NCBI GenBank assembly: GCA_021785655.1
Contig: JAJYET010000004.1
Span: 8,907 to 72,906, forward strand
Direction of reading: 5' to 3'
Source of the DNA: a bacterium
GTDB lineage: Bacteria > Chloroflexota > Dormibacteria > Aeolococcales > Bog-877
DNA: 64,000 nucleotides
Below the pieces are notes generated by a model that saw only the letters and a program-made list of their open reading frames with translations, ran no database searches and was not told the origin of the DNA. Within the stretch, counting starts at the first letter, position 1. Every line of letters begins with the position of its first letter. The translations under genes were made by a program, and so were the position numbers. Of this stretch, positions 1-9,588 are shown piece by piece.

Positions 1-345
1 GGCCACGCCGTGCACAGCTCATCGTAGAGGTAATGATGATTGGCGTCGACCTCCACTAGACCGGAAATGTCAGTTGCCGCTACTGCCCTCAATTGGATCA
101 GGCTGGTCTGCGCACTTGTTTGGGATCGATGTTTCTTGCCGCTGGCCGGACGAGGAGAGGGTTGCGCTTCGGACTGAAGATGGTGGACCTCGGCTGGTAA
201 CTCCTCGACTCCCCGAGCTACCACCGCTAACGCTTCAGGAATCCGGGGCACAATGAAACGACCCGCTGCCAGCGCGCCCATCACAACGATTCCGGACAAA
301 ACGAGACCTGGCACACACCCAACTGCCCGCCGCATGCCAGCTACC

Positions 346-633
346 CTAGAGTCGCAGTTTGCACGTGGGACAGACTCCCCGCTTGTCCAAATGTTTCCGG
401 TATCGCGCCCAGACCAAGAGCGCGCCTCCCAGGAAGCTGGCCGTGACGATGTACAGAGCCCATCCGTCCGTGAGGCGCCCGTGAAGCAACTTGCCTACCA
501 CGATGACAAGTAACGCTGCTGTGCCAATCAACATGAAACAACCGCATGCCAGCGAATCGAGCGTCACGAGGAACGGATGGTCCGCAGCAGGAGTAACGGC
601 TCTCTGGCACTGCGGGCACCAACGTACAGGCAC
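346..633 (-). CDS. hypothetical small membrane protein with terminal CxxC pairs (zinc-ribbon-like)
   Basis: 95-aa ORF; CPQC near N-terminus and CPTC at C-terminus flank two hydrophobic helices; region is visibly less GC-rich than the core. Confidence 0.3.
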   Translation of the reverse strand: MPVRWCPQCQRAVTPAADHPFLVTLDSLACGCFMLIGTAALLVIVVGKLLHGRLTDGWALYIVTASFLGGALLVWARYRKHLDKRGVCPTCKLRL

Positions 634-805
634 GGCTCGTACTCACGATGTCCTGTGCGAGTACATCAAGCTGATAGTACTCGCACCGTCCCCCAAACAA
701 TTGACCCCTTGTTTACCGCTTCGTGACCAGGCCCCGCTGAACTCGGACCGGGGCAGGTCGGGCGGGGACCATTGTTTAGGGGCCGGGAGCCATCTCCCGT
801 CACGC

Positions 806-1270
806 CTACCCTGGATCGTGGCGAAGCATCCGCACCTCGACACCAGTCGCCCCCACGTCAAGCCTGGCCCAGCTCCGGTCGGCGGTGAGCACCGGCCATC
901 CCAGACGGAGGCCAAGGGCCAGGCAGGCCCGATCCCCGAACGACAGCCCGGCAGTGCGCGTGGGAGGAACCAGGACTGCGACGTTCACGGCGTCGGCCAG
1001 AGTGAAGGGCTCGACTGTCACAGAGCCAGGGAGCATCAGTCCCTCACCAGTGCCGAGACTGGTGAGCCAAGCGGGCGACGCTTCGGGCTTCACTGCCCCA
1101 GCCAGCTTGTCGGCGATATCCGGCCGGTCCCGGACCAGGCGCGCCAGCGCCTCCCCGAGGTTCACCGTGGAGATAGCGACACCATCCACCATGGCCGTCT
1201 CAACCACTTCCCCGCCGGGCTCGTCCAGCCAGAAGGCGAGCAGGGCCGACGCGTCAAGGACCTGCTTCAC
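806..1270 (-). CDS. vapC: PIN-domain toxin, VapC-like (type II TA)
   Basis: 154 aa; N-terminal MKQVLDASALL.. and conserved acidic positions typical of PIN; start abuts/overlaps stop of upstream antitoxin ORF. Confidence 0.65.
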   Translation of the reverse strand: MKQVLDASALLAFWLDEPGGEVVETAMVDGVAISTVNLGEALARLVRDRPDIADKLAGAVKPEASPAWLTSLGTGEGLMLPGSVTVEPFTLADAVNVAVLVPPTRTAGLSFGDRACLALGLRLGWPVLTADRSWARLDVGATGVEVRMLRHDPG

Positions 1271-1578
1271 TACCGAGACAGCCGCCGGTGGGCCTCCGCA
1301 GCCGCTGACGAGTCCCCATCCGCTTCCGCAGCCTCCAGCTCGGCCTCAGCTCGTCGCTCGGCCTCCAGCTCGTCAATGACGCGCTCCGGATGGTCTGCGA
1401 ACCGCCTCCAGGCTCCCCGCAGCCGATGGGCTTCCCCCTGGGGTGACTCTAGGACCAGGCGTCCCTCCTCTGTTCTGGCCAGGAGCCGCGCCCCTGTCTC
1501 AAAGCCAAGCGCACGCCGAATCGCCGCTGGGATGACCAACCGGCCCTGGGGTCCGAGCCTTACCTCGGTCTGTGCCAT
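1270..1578 (-). CDS. vapB: AbrB/MazE/SpoVT-family antitoxin (VapB-like)
   Basis: 102 aa; N-terminal swapped-hairpin-like LGPQGRLVIPAAIRRALG; acidic Ala/Glu-rich tail; 1-nt overlap with vapC. Confidence 0.6.
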   Translation of the reverse strand: MAQTEVRLGPQGRLVIPAAIRRALGFETGARLLARTEEGRLVLESPQGEAHRLRGAWRRFADHPERVIDELEAERRAEAELEAAEADGDSSAAAEAHRRLSR

Positions 1579-1993
1579 AGCACGTCAATCATGCCACGAA
1601 GCGACCGCCGGTGCCAGCGGGTACCGACGCTGACCGCTGCTGAGGCGAGCGCGAGGGAGGGCTGAGGCGCCATCGTCCCCATGCGGACGGCCCGGGCCCC
1701 GATGGCGGAAGTGGAACCGGCCACCCGCTACGGACGCAAATTCCATGCCCGACCTGCTGCACCGCATCTCCAACCCAGGCGACGGCGGCGATACCGTCAT
1801 CACCGTCGCGGCCCTGCTGGAGGCGCACATCAGGGGCTGCGACACGTGCCGCGAGGGGAACACCGCCGCCTGCCCGGAGGGACTGGCACTGACCCATGCG
1901 CTGGCCGCCGCCATCGCGCGCGACGTGGCACGAGCCCTGGGCCAGGAGCCCGAGGGGTGAGCACCTGGCGCTGACCGACTACGGGGCGGCCGG

Positions 1994-2275
1994 CTACAGG
2001 GCCTCCGACGCCTCGGCCTTGTCGCTGACGGCTGCAGCCTCGGGCCCCGCCGCCTTGGGCTCGGCAGCCCCCGCCTCCAAGCGATACCCGCGGGCCTCGA
2101 GCTCGCGGGTGATGCACGTGCTCCAGCCCTCGGGCTGGAAGGCCTCACAGGCGGTCAGGGCGTGGCCCAGATCACCGAGCCGGATGGTGGGGGGCGCGAG
2201 CGCGGCTACGGGCGCGGCTGTCTCAGCCTTCGCCTTGCCGCTCTCCGCGGATTCCACCGCTACTTCATCGGCCAT
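1994..2275 (-). CDS. hypothetical Ala/Glu-rich protein (94 aa, starts MADEV..)
   Basis: in-frame tail of long minus-strand ORF beginning at an internal ATG just after the stop of the 2280..2906 ORF; no recognisable domain. Confidence 0.2.
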   Translation of the reverse strand: MADEVAVESAESGKAKAETAAPVAALAPPTIRLGDLGHALTACEAFQPEGWSTCITRELEARGYRLEAGAAEPKAAGPEAAAVSDKAEASEAL

Positions 2276-2279
2276 GCTC

Positions 2280-2906
2280 TCACCTCTGATCGCTTGTGGG
2301 GAGCCGGGCGGATCCAGTGCAGCCTGATGGTAACCCTGGCCCTGGAGCTGCGGACGCCCAGATGGCACGCAGCGGCTCCAGGGCCAGCTCCAAGCAGCGG
2401 TCAATGGCTCCACGGTACTCGCGCACCGCTTCCACGTACCGCCGGTGCTGGTCCCGTGCCAAGAAGTCCCGTTCATGCTCGCCGAGGTAGTCGAGCACCT
2501 GGTCTGCGAGCTCGTCCACCTGAGCGCGCCACTTGAAGAGCGCCGGAGCCGCCTGCCACCACCACCGCGGCTCCCGGGCCAGCTCTGGGTCCGGCTCCAG
2601 CCTGCCTGGGTGGTAGGCATCGGCCGCCACGGCCTGGAGCTGGTGCTCCGCCGCACGGTCCGCCTCGGCCAGCTCTCGCTGGAGTCTGGCGATCTCCGCC
2701 GCGGATGCGCGCTGGAGCTGCGCCAGCTCGATCCTGGCCGCCTTCCGCGCAGCGGCCTCCGCCCCAGCCCGACCGCGGGCCTCGGCCTCAGCGGCGGCAA
2801 CGTCCTGATCGGCGAGCGCGCCAAGGAGGATGGCGGTGAAGGTCTTGCCGTCAGCCGTCCGGCGGGGGTCGAGCCCCTGGTGGTGCGCTGGAGGCGGGCA
2901 AGCCAC
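2280..2906 (-). CDS. hypothetical Ala-rich coiled-coil protein (208 aa)
   Basis: long ORF with heptad-like AEAEARGRAGAEAAARKAARIELAQLQ repeats; lies inside decayed integrated element; no catalytic motifs. Confidence 0.25.
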   Translation of the reverse strand: MACPPPAHHQGLDPRRTADGKTFTAILLGALADQDVAAAEAEARGRAGAEAAARKAARIELAQLQRASAAEIARLQRELAEADRAAEHQLQAVAADAYHPGRLEPDPELAREPRWWWQAAPALFKWRAQVDELADQVLDYLGEHERDFLARDQHRRYVEAVREYRGAIDRCLELALEPLRAIWASAAPGPGLPSGCTGSARLPTSDQR

Positions 2907-3121
2907 TCAACGATCTTGGGGCGCGTCACCTCCGCCGCCCTCAGAGGCAGACCGTTCGCCTGTGAGTACTCAAGGAAGCTCCGGACCGAGTATCCGTAGC
3001 TGGCGAGAGTGGCCGGGCTCTTGCCCTCAGCCTCCATGGTGGGCAGGAACGCCTCCCGGAGCGTCCTGAGATCGGGACTGAATGCCTTGGGCCGCCTTGC
3101 CATGGCCTGAGGGCGCACCAC
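2880..3121 (-). pseudogene. truncated tyrosine recombinase/integrase (N-terminal SAM-like core-binding domain only)
   Basis: N-terminus MARRPKAFSPDLRTLREAFLPTMEAEGKSPATLASYGYSVRSFLEYSQANGLPLRAAEVTRPKIVEWLARLQ resembles XerD/phage-integrase N-domain; frame degenerates after ~80 aa, no R..HxxR..Y box; immediately downstream of tRNA-Thr 3' end. Confidence 0.45.
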
Positions 3122-3201
3122 AAGTAACTGGTCTTAGAGCGTTGTGCCCCACTAGCCAAGTCGCCAAATGTTCACTTATGTGGTCCCAATTAGATCCAAA
3201 G

Positions 3202-3273
3202 AGCCCAGGGCGGGGATTGAACCCGCGACCTCTTCCTTACCAAGGAAGCGCTCTACCACTGAGCTACCTGGGC
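3202..3273 (-). tRNA. tRNA-Thr (anticodon GGU)
   Basis: reverse complement gives GCCCAGGTAGCTCAGTGGTAGAGCGCTTCCTTGGTAAGGAAG..GGTTCAATCCCCGCCCTGGGCT cloverleaf; anticodon loop TTGGTAA; CCA not encoded. Confidence 0.85.
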
Positions 3274-3274
3274 G

Positions 3275-3356
3275 TGGGCGGGAGAGGATTCGAACCTCTG
3301 TAGGCGACGCCAGCTGATTTACAGTCAGCCCCGTTTGACCACTTCGGTACCCGCCC
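3275..3356 (-). tRNA. tRNA-Tyr (anticodon GUA), long variable arm
   Basis: reverse complement GGGCGGGTACCGAAGTGGTCAAACGGGGCTGACTGTAAATCAGC..AGAGGTTCGAATCCTCTCCCGCCCA; anticodon loop CTGTAAA; 1 nt from tRNA-Thr. Confidence 0.85.
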
Positions 3357-3415
3357 GCCGGCGAGTATACCGGGAGTCGACCCCGCCCCTGTTCTTCTAG
3401 GAGGTGAGCTCAGCC

Positions 3416-3775
3416 ATGCCCGACGGCGCCCTGCCGGAGATCGATTTCGGCCACTTCAGCGAGGTTGACATCCGCAGCGGGGTGGTCACGGCCGCCACCG
3501 CGTTCCCCGAGGCGCGCAAACCGGCGATCAAGCTGGAGGTCGACTTCGGGCCGGAGATCGGTATCCGCCGGTCCAGCGCCCAGCTCACCCGCCACTACCG
3601 GCCCGAGGAGCTGGTCGGATCCGAGGTGCTCGCGGTGGTCAACCTGCCCCCGCGGCGGGTGGCCGGGTTTCGAAGTGAGGTCCTGATCTTGGGGATGATC
3701 AACCCTCAGGATCCGGGCGAGGTGGTGCTTGTCCGCGCGGATCGGGCGGGCACCCGGGGCTGGCGCCTGGGCTGA
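3416..3775 (+). CDS. csaA: tRNA-binding protein (CsaA/Myf-domain family)
   Basis: MPDGALPEIDFGHFSEVDIRSGVVTAATAFPEARKPAIKLEVDFG matches OB-fold tRNA-binding domain; AGGAGG SD 7 nt upstream of ATG 3416. Confidence 0.65.
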   Translation: MPDGALPEIDFGHFSEVDIRSGVVTAATAFPEARKPAIKLEVDFGPEIGIRRSSAQLTRHYRPEELVGSEVLAVVNLPPRRVAGFRSEVLILGMINPQDPGEVVLVRADRAGTRGWRLG

Positions 3776-3851
3776 GTGATTGGGGGCCCGGACTCGGGAA
3801 CCGCTAACATCCCAACTGGAGGGAAGGAGTCCAACTGTGCCAAGGAGACGG

Positions 3852-4951
3852 CCATGAGCATCATGCGGCGGATGTCGGACCTGTTCCAGCAGAAGGCCAA
3901 CAAGGTCCTGGATCGGGCGGAGAACCCGGTCGAAGCGCTGGACCTCTCCTACCAGAAGCAGATGGAGTCCCTGCAGCAGGTGAGGCGGAGCGTGGCCGAT
4001 GTCCTCACCTCGGAGAAGCGGTTGGAGATCCAGGCCGCCCAGCTGCAGCAGAGCCAGGACAAGCTCCAGGGGCAGGCCAAGCTGGCCCTCCAACAGGGCC
4101 GAGAGGACCTCGCCCGCCTGGCTCTGACCCGGGCCCAGGACGCTCAGAACCAGCTCCAGAGCCTCCAAGTCCAGATTGCGCAAATGAAGGACCAGGAGCA
4201 GAAGCTGGAGCTGACCGCCCAGAAGCTGCAGGCCAAGGTCGAGGCCTTCCGCACCCAGCGCGAGACCATGAAGGCTCAGTATTCGGCGGCCAAGGCCACC
4301 ACCCAGGTGGGCGAGGCGGTGACCGGGCTCAGCGAGCACATGGCCGATGTGAACCTCATGATGGAGCGCGCCCAGGACAAGACCCAGCAGATGCAGGCAA
4401 GGGCAGCCGCCATTGACTCCCTGGTGGACAGCGGCACCCTGGACCAGATCGGGATCACCTCCGGGGACGACATAGAGCGCCAGCTCCAGAGCGGGCTGGC
4501 GACCTCCGAGGTGGATGCCCAACTCGCCCAGCTGAAGCAGGAGGTGCTTGGGGCCCCGGCCGAAGCACCCAAGCTAGAGGCGGCTGCGCCGGCCCCCCCA
4601 CCACCCCCCGCAGCGGCGCCAGCGGCCGCTCCCTCGGACACCACCAGAGCCACGGTGGTGGTGCGCATCCAGGGCGAGGACCAGTACCGGCTGGCCGTCT
4701 CCGAACAGCCGCAGCTCGAGCCGCTGGACCGGGCCCTCTCGGATGCCATATCCCGGCAGGACCAGGACAGCTACCGGACGGCGCTGGCGGCCCTGCTCAA
4801 CTTCGTCCGCGCCCATGGAACCAAGGTGCCCGCGGACGACCTGGTGCCCTCCGACGTGGTCCTGCCGTCCGAAGACATGACCCTGGAGGAGGCCACCGCC
4901 CTGTTGTCCGAAGACGGCAACGTGGTGGACGCCCCAGCCAGCCCGGCCTGA
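3852..4951 (+). CDS. pspA: PspA/IM30 family protein with Pro/Ala linker and ~120-aa C-terminal extension
   Basis: MSIMRRMSDLFQQKANKVLDRAENPVEALDLSYQKQMESLQQVRR.. coiled-coil PspA fold; AAGGAG SD 6 nt before ATG 3852; C-terminal APAPPPPPAAAPAAAP linker then extra domain. Confidence 0.8.
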
Positions 4952-4953
4952 GC

Positions 4954-5529
4954 TCAGACCGGCACTCCCCAGAGGGCGTACCAGCGCTCCAGGTCGGGCT
5001 CCACCGGGAGGTCCTCCTTAGCCACCGCTGCCAGCCGCATCTCGGTGGCATTGTCCCGACGCCGGTCCCCGGTCGGCACGAATGGGTAGAAGGTGGCCTC
5101 CTTGTAGCCGTAGATCCAGTAGGCCGGCCCCGACGCCGAGGTGAACGGGAACACAGCCGCCAGGAGGCAGTCTCCCAAGCCCTCGTCCAAGAGTCCGGTG
5201 GCGACCGCGTGCAGGGCGGCCAGCAGGGTGTCGAACTGACTGCCCTCCACCAGCAGCCACTCGAAGCCAAGGTCGTCCTTGACCTCCCGCACCTTGAGGG
5301 CGTCCTCTGGCGACGCCTGGTCCTGCAAGCCGAGCATGGCCACCGTGTCGGCGGTCAGCTGCTGGAACCGGCCGCTGGGTAGCGAGCGGAACACCACCCC
5401 CAACCGTCCCGTGGGCTTGAGTCCGGCCGCGGTCTCCAGGGTGAGCATGGCGGTGCTCATGGCGAAGATCTTGTCCTCGTTGGACTTGGGGAGCTTGGTC
5501 CGGCCGAGGATCGAGTCGAGGAAGCCCAT
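4954..5529 (-). CDS. conserved hypothetical protein in PspA/HtpX neighbourhood (191 aa)
   Basis: starts MGFLDSILGRTK..; no recognised catalytic motif; convergent with pspA, co-oriented with htpX. Confidence 0.5.
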   Translation of the reverse strand: MGFLDSILGRTKLPKSNEDKIFAMSTAMLTLETAAGLKPTGRLGVVFRSLPSGRFQQLTADTVAMLGLQDQASPEDALKVREVKDDLGFEWLLVEGSQFDTLLAALHAVATGLLDEGLGDCLLAAVFPFTSASGPAYWIYGYKEATFYPFVPTGDRRRDNATEMRLAAVAKEDLPVEPDLERWYALWGVPV

Positions 5530-5538
5530 GCCCCAACT

Positions 5539-6465
5539 CTAACTGGAAATCCTCGCCTCCAGCTCGCGGAGCTTGGCCAGTCGGTGCTCCAGGGAGGGGT
5601 GCGTGGAAAACACCTCTGCCAGACTCCCCTTGCCGGCGGCGATGGCCGGGAAGATCATGAAGGCGTTGGCTGATTGCACCTGGCGGAGGTCCCGGCTGGG
5701 GATCCTGGTCATCACGCCGCTGATCTTCTGCAGCGCCGAGGCGAGCTGGGAGGGCTCCTGAGTGATGATCGCCGAGCCCCGGTCTGCGGCGTACTCCCGG
5801 TAGCGGGAGAGCGCCCTGATCAGGACGAAGCTGATTGCCCAGACGACCGCGGCCACCAGGATGATGATGATCATCCCCTCACCCTCGTCCGAGCCCCGCC
5901 CCCGGCCGTACCCACCGCCGTAGCCGAAGCCGCCGAACATGCCGAACCACATCCCCGACTGCACGATCAGGGAGGCTACCGTGGCGAAGAAGCCAGCCAT
6001 GGCCATGACCTTGACATCGCGGTGGATCACATGGCTGAACTCGTGGGCCAGCACCGCCTCCAGCTCCTTGGGCTCGAGCTGGTCGAGGATGCCGGTGGTC
6101 ACGGCCACCACGGCGTGCTTGGGGTTGCGGCCGGTGGCGAGCGCGTTGGGCACCCGCGACGGGATCACAGCCACCTTGGGCATGGGCATCCCCGTGAGCT
6201 GGGCCAGCCGTCCCACGATGTCGTGCAGCTGCGGGTACTGCTGGGGAGTGACGATCTGGGCGTGGAGCGCCGAAAGCACCATGCGGTCCGAGAAGTAGTA
6301 CTGGGCCACCAGCAGCACAGCCACCACCAAGACGATGGTGACGATGCCGGTGTGCAGCAGCAGAAGCACCCCGACGAAGGCCAGGTAGACCACCGCCAGC
6401 AGGAAGAGGGTGAGGAACATCCGAGCCGTGAGCCCGACGTCGGTTCCCAACTTGCGTTGCATGCA
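5539..6465 (-). CDS. htpX: zinc metalloprotease HtpX (peptidase M48)
   Basis: HEFSHV (HExxH) motif, N-terminal TM helices, Gly-rich loop; likely start ATG 6465 (MQRKLG..) with TATATA 8 nt upstream (possible leaderless transcript). Confidence 0.85.
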   Translation of the reverse strand, partial: CMQRKLGTDVGLTARMFLTLFLLAVVYLAFVGVLLLLHTGIVTIVLVVAVLLVAQYYFSDRMVLSALHAQIVTPQQYPQLHDIVGRLAQLTGMPMPKVAVIPSRVPNALATGRNPKHAVVAVTTGILDQLEPKELEAVLAHEFSHVIHRDVKVMAMAGFFATVASLIVQSGMWFGMFGGFGYGGGYGRGRGSDEGEGMIIIILVAAVVWAISFVLIRALSRYREYAADRGSAIITQEPSQLASALQKISGVMTRIPSRDLRQVQSANAFMIFPAIAAGKGSLAEVFSTHPSLEHRLAKLRELEARISS

Positions 6466-6561
6466 CTCTCTATATACCCGTTTCCCGGCAACCGACGCAG
6501 AAGGGCATCTTCGGGGCCGCCTCGCCGGCGGCGCTACCATGGGCCGGAGCAGGTCGCAGAG

Positions 6562-7407
6562 GTGGTTTTCCCGTTGCTAGTCGATGCCCTGATTGCCGGA
6601 CTCACCCTGGGCGTGCTGGCCCTTGGGCTGCGGACCGGGGTGGGCCGTCGCCTCGCCCGCCTCGTTTCCCAGCGGGCCCACGCCCTCAGGAGCCGGACCG
6701 AGGATCCGCTTGACGCCCTGGATCTCGCCTACCACCGCCAGACCGAGGCCCTCCAGCAGGCACGACGAGGGATCGCCGAAGTGGTGACCTCACACAAGCG
6801 GCTGGAGCTCCAGGCCAACGGGTTTCGCCAGAGCCAGGTTCGGCTCCGCGATCAGGCCCGCCAGGCTCTTCTGTCCGGGCGTGAGGACCTTGCCCGGCTG
6901 TCCCTGACCCGGGCCCAGGCCGCCGCCGCCCAGCTGGCCTCCTTGGAACCGCAGGTAGCTGAGCTCCGCGAGCAGGAGGCGCGGCTGGAGCTGGCCGCCC
7001 AGCGCCTGAGGTCGAGGGTGGAAGAATTCCGGAGCCAAAAGGAGGTGTTCCGGGCGCAGTACTCGGCGGCGCAGGCCTCCGCGCGCATCGGGGAGTCGGT
7101 GACCGGCATCTCCCGGGAGATGGGGGACGTGGGCCGGATGCTGGAGGCCGCCCGGGAGCGTACCCGGGAGATGCAGGCCCGGGCGGCAGCCATCGATGAG
7201 CTCGTCGCCGCCTCCCACCTCGCTACCATGGGCCGAGGCGGAGACGCGATGAGCCGCCAGCCGAGAGCCGAGGAGGGAGAAACGGTCGGCGAGGCGCAGC
7301 TCCAGGGGCTGCCGCCGGGGCCCCCGCCACATCCCGGAGGGGCCGCTCTGCTAAATTCCAATTCCGCGTCCACGCCAGAGCCGTTCTCACTGCCAGAGGG
7401 AGGTTGA
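6562..7407 (+). CDS. PspA/IM30 paralogue with N-terminal hydrophobic helix
   Basis: C-terminal part of 5674..7407 ORF; DPLDALDLAYHRQTEALQQARRGIAEVVTSHKRLELQ aligns with first PspA; probable GTG start 6562 (VVFPLLVDALIAGLTLGVLALGL..); upstream part of ORF is antisense to htpX. Confidence 0.65.
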   Translation: MVFPLLVDALIAGLTLGVLALGLRTGVGRRLARLVSQRAHALRSRTEDPLDALDLAYHRQTEALQQARRGIAEVVTSHKRLELQANGFRQSQVRLRDQARQALLSGREDLARLSLTRAQAAAAQLASLEPQVAELREQEARLELAAQRLRSRVEEFRSQKEVFRAQYSAAQASARIGESVTGISREMGDVGRMLEAARERTREMQARAAAIDELVAASHLATMGRGGDAMSRQPRAEEGETVGEAQLQGLPPGPPPHPGGAALLNSNSASTPEPFSLPEGG

Positions 7408-7667
7408 ACCAAGTGCTCCACGTCATCGCTTTCATCGTCATCGGAGTGGTCATCGGGGCCCTCTACATTCGCCAGTCACGGGGAGCGGCGGCGACCATCC
7501 GGGTCATCGCCGGGCTGGCCGGGAGCCTCATCGGCGGCTTCGTCACCCTCGCGGTCCTGGGTGAGGGCCACACCTCCGGGAAGTACGGGAGCATCTTGGT
7601 GGCGATCGTACTGGCGGTGATCCTCTCCGCCCTGGCCACCGCGGGGACCCGCCCCCGCACGGCCTGA
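7404..7667 (+). CDS. GlsB/YeaQ/YmgE-family small membrane protein
   Basis: 87 aa, two-three TM helices with GxxxG-rich segments; TTG/GTG start overlapping stop of upstream PspA paralogue. Confidence 0.55.
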   Translation: MNQVLHVIAFIVIGVVIGALYIRQSRGAAATIRVIAGLAGSLIGGFVTLAVLGEGHTSGKYGSILVAIVLAVILSALATAGTRPRTA

Positions 7668-7679
7668 TCTCGATTCTGC

Positions 7680-8640
7680 CTAGGGGCTGCCCGAGAAGAA
7701 CTCCTCCGCCCGGCGACGGTCCTCGGCCATCTTGGCCACCAGCTCGGCGTCGGAGCGGAACGTCTCTTGGCCCCGGACCCGTTCCAGGACCTCGGCGATC
7801 AGCTCCTGCCCATAGAGGTCGGGGGTGGGGCCGAGCCCGTGGACCTCGAACCGCCGGTCGCGCCCCGAGAAGTGAGGTCGTGTGCCGACGCTCCCCACTG
7901 CCGGCCTCGGCTCTCCTCCAGAGGCCGGCCGCCAGGTCATGACGTAGACCCCGTCGGGGGGCAGGAGCTGAGCGGGCAGGGTCCTCAGGTTGGCGGTCGG
8001 GAAGCCCAGGACCCGGCCCAACCCCTCACCCCTCACCACCTCCCCCATCACCTGGAAGGGATGCCCCGCGAGGGCCGGGTATTCCGAGACGCGGCCCTCC
8101 TGCAGAAGGCGCCGAAGCTCAGAGCTGCTCACCGCCACGCCCCCGACCACCAGCTGGTCTACCACCTCGAGCTGCAGCCCTTGTTCTCGAGCGTAGGCGC
8201 GGACGAAGTCCACCCCCCCGCTGCCATCCCGACCCAGGGAGAGTCGGGGCCCGGCCGCCAACCCGACGACCGCCAGCTGATGACGCAAGCGCGAGAGGAA
8301 CTCAGCCGGCTCCTGCGCCCGCAGCCGGTCGTTGAAGGGAATGACCAGCACCTGGTCCACGCCGGCCTCCGCCAGCAGTCGTCGGCGAAGCCGCAGCGGG
8401 GTGAGGAGGCCGGGCACCGCCTGTGGACGCAGGAGGTGTGCCGGATGGGGCTCGAAGGTGACGGCCACCACCATCCCCCGCGGACCGGCGATCCGGCGCG
8501 CCGCCCCGAGGAGCCGCTGGTGGCCCAGGTGCACTCCATCGAAATTGCCCACCGCCAGAACCACCGGCGGGCCATCTGTGGGCGGGCCGTTCAGAGGGGT
8601 GCCGAAGACCCCCGGCACCCCGACCCCAAGGTCAGCCACC
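7680..8640 (-). CDS. ribF: bifunctional riboflavin kinase / FAD synthetase
   Basis: VLAVGNFDGVHLGHQ nucleotidyltransferase motif plus C-terminal riboflavin kinase domain; N-terminal 100 aa of track ORF is truB overlap artefact; start ~GTG near 8640. Confidence 0.85.
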
Positions 8641-9588
8641 GATGGGGGCGACCACCTTGAGAGGCTGGAATCGGAGGCCGGCCAGGGTGCCGACCGCCAA
8701 GAGCCGGCCGTCCGGGCCGTGGGCCCGCACCTCCCCCGCCGCCGGCTGTCCCTGGGGTCCACGCTGCAGCCAGGCGCCCTGGCCACGCTGGACGGAGGCC
8801 GCGGCCCCGGGCAGGAGGTCGACGCGGGGCATCCCCTGGACCGCGGCCTCCGGGGGCAGGAGGAGCGACCGGGGGTCGTCCGCCTCCAGCAGTTGGGAGA
8901 CGGACACCGACTGCTCCAGGTGAAACGGTCCGTAGGCGGTGCGTTCCAGCCAGGCCAGCACCCCACCCACGGCCAGCCGCTCCCCCAGGTCAGTCGCCAG
9001 CACCCTGAGGTAGGTGCCCTTGCCGCAGACGACCTCCACCTCCGCCTCGGCCACCTCCCCAGGGGTGAACGCCAGGACCCGGATGCTGTGGATCTCGGCC
9101 ACCCGGGGCTTGCGTTCCACGGTCACCCCCTGCCGCGCCAGCTCGTAGAGGTGGCGACCCTGATGGCGGACCGCGGAGTGCATCGGCGGAACTTGTTCTA
9201 TCCTGCCGACGAAGCCCTCCAGCGCCTTCTCCACCAGGGCTCGGTCCAGAGCCGCGGCGGAGGATCCGGGCCGAACCTCCCCCTCGAGATCACCCGTGTC
9301 GGATGTCTCTCCGAGTCGGAGGCGCGCCCGGTAGGTCTTGGGCTCGCGCAGGATGTACTCCACGAGCCTGGTGGCCCGCCCCACACACAGGGGCAGCACC
9401 CCGGTGGCAGCCGGGTCGAGGGTGCCGGCGTGCCCGATGTGCCGCTCCCCGAGCGCCCGGCGGGCGTCCCGAATGGCGGCGAACGAGGTGATGCCGGCGG
9501 GCTTGGCCAGATTGAGCACTCCGGTCACTCCCGGCGGCCGACCGGCGCGGCGGAGCGGGTTGGGAACCAGGTCGACCGGAGCCGTCAA
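8632..9588 (-). CDS. truB: tRNA pseudouridine(55) synthase
   Basis: GVLNLAKPAGITSFAAIRDARRALGERHIGHAGTLDPAATGVLPLCVG motif. Confidence 0.9.
   Translation of the reverse strand: MTAPVDLVPNPLRRAGRPPGVTGVLNLAKPAGITSFAAIRDARRALGERHIGHAGTLDPAATGVLPLCVGRATRLVEYILREPKTYRARLRLGETSDTGDLEGEVRPGSSAAALDRALVEKALEGFVGRIEQVPPMHSAVRHQGRHLYELARQGVTVERKPRVAEIHSIRVLAFTPGEVAEAEVEVVCGKGTYLRVLATDLGERLAVGGVLAWLERTAYGPFHLEQSVSVSQLLEADDPRSLLLPPEAAVQGMPRVDLLPGAAASVQRGQGAWLQRGPQGQPAAGEVRAHGPDGRLLAVGTLAGLRFQPLKVVAPIGG

Noticed and set aside
5674-6561. N-terminal 300 aa of the 577-aa plus-strand ORF
   Set aside because: Antisense to htpX; only the last ~280 aa (from GTG 6562) are PspA-like.
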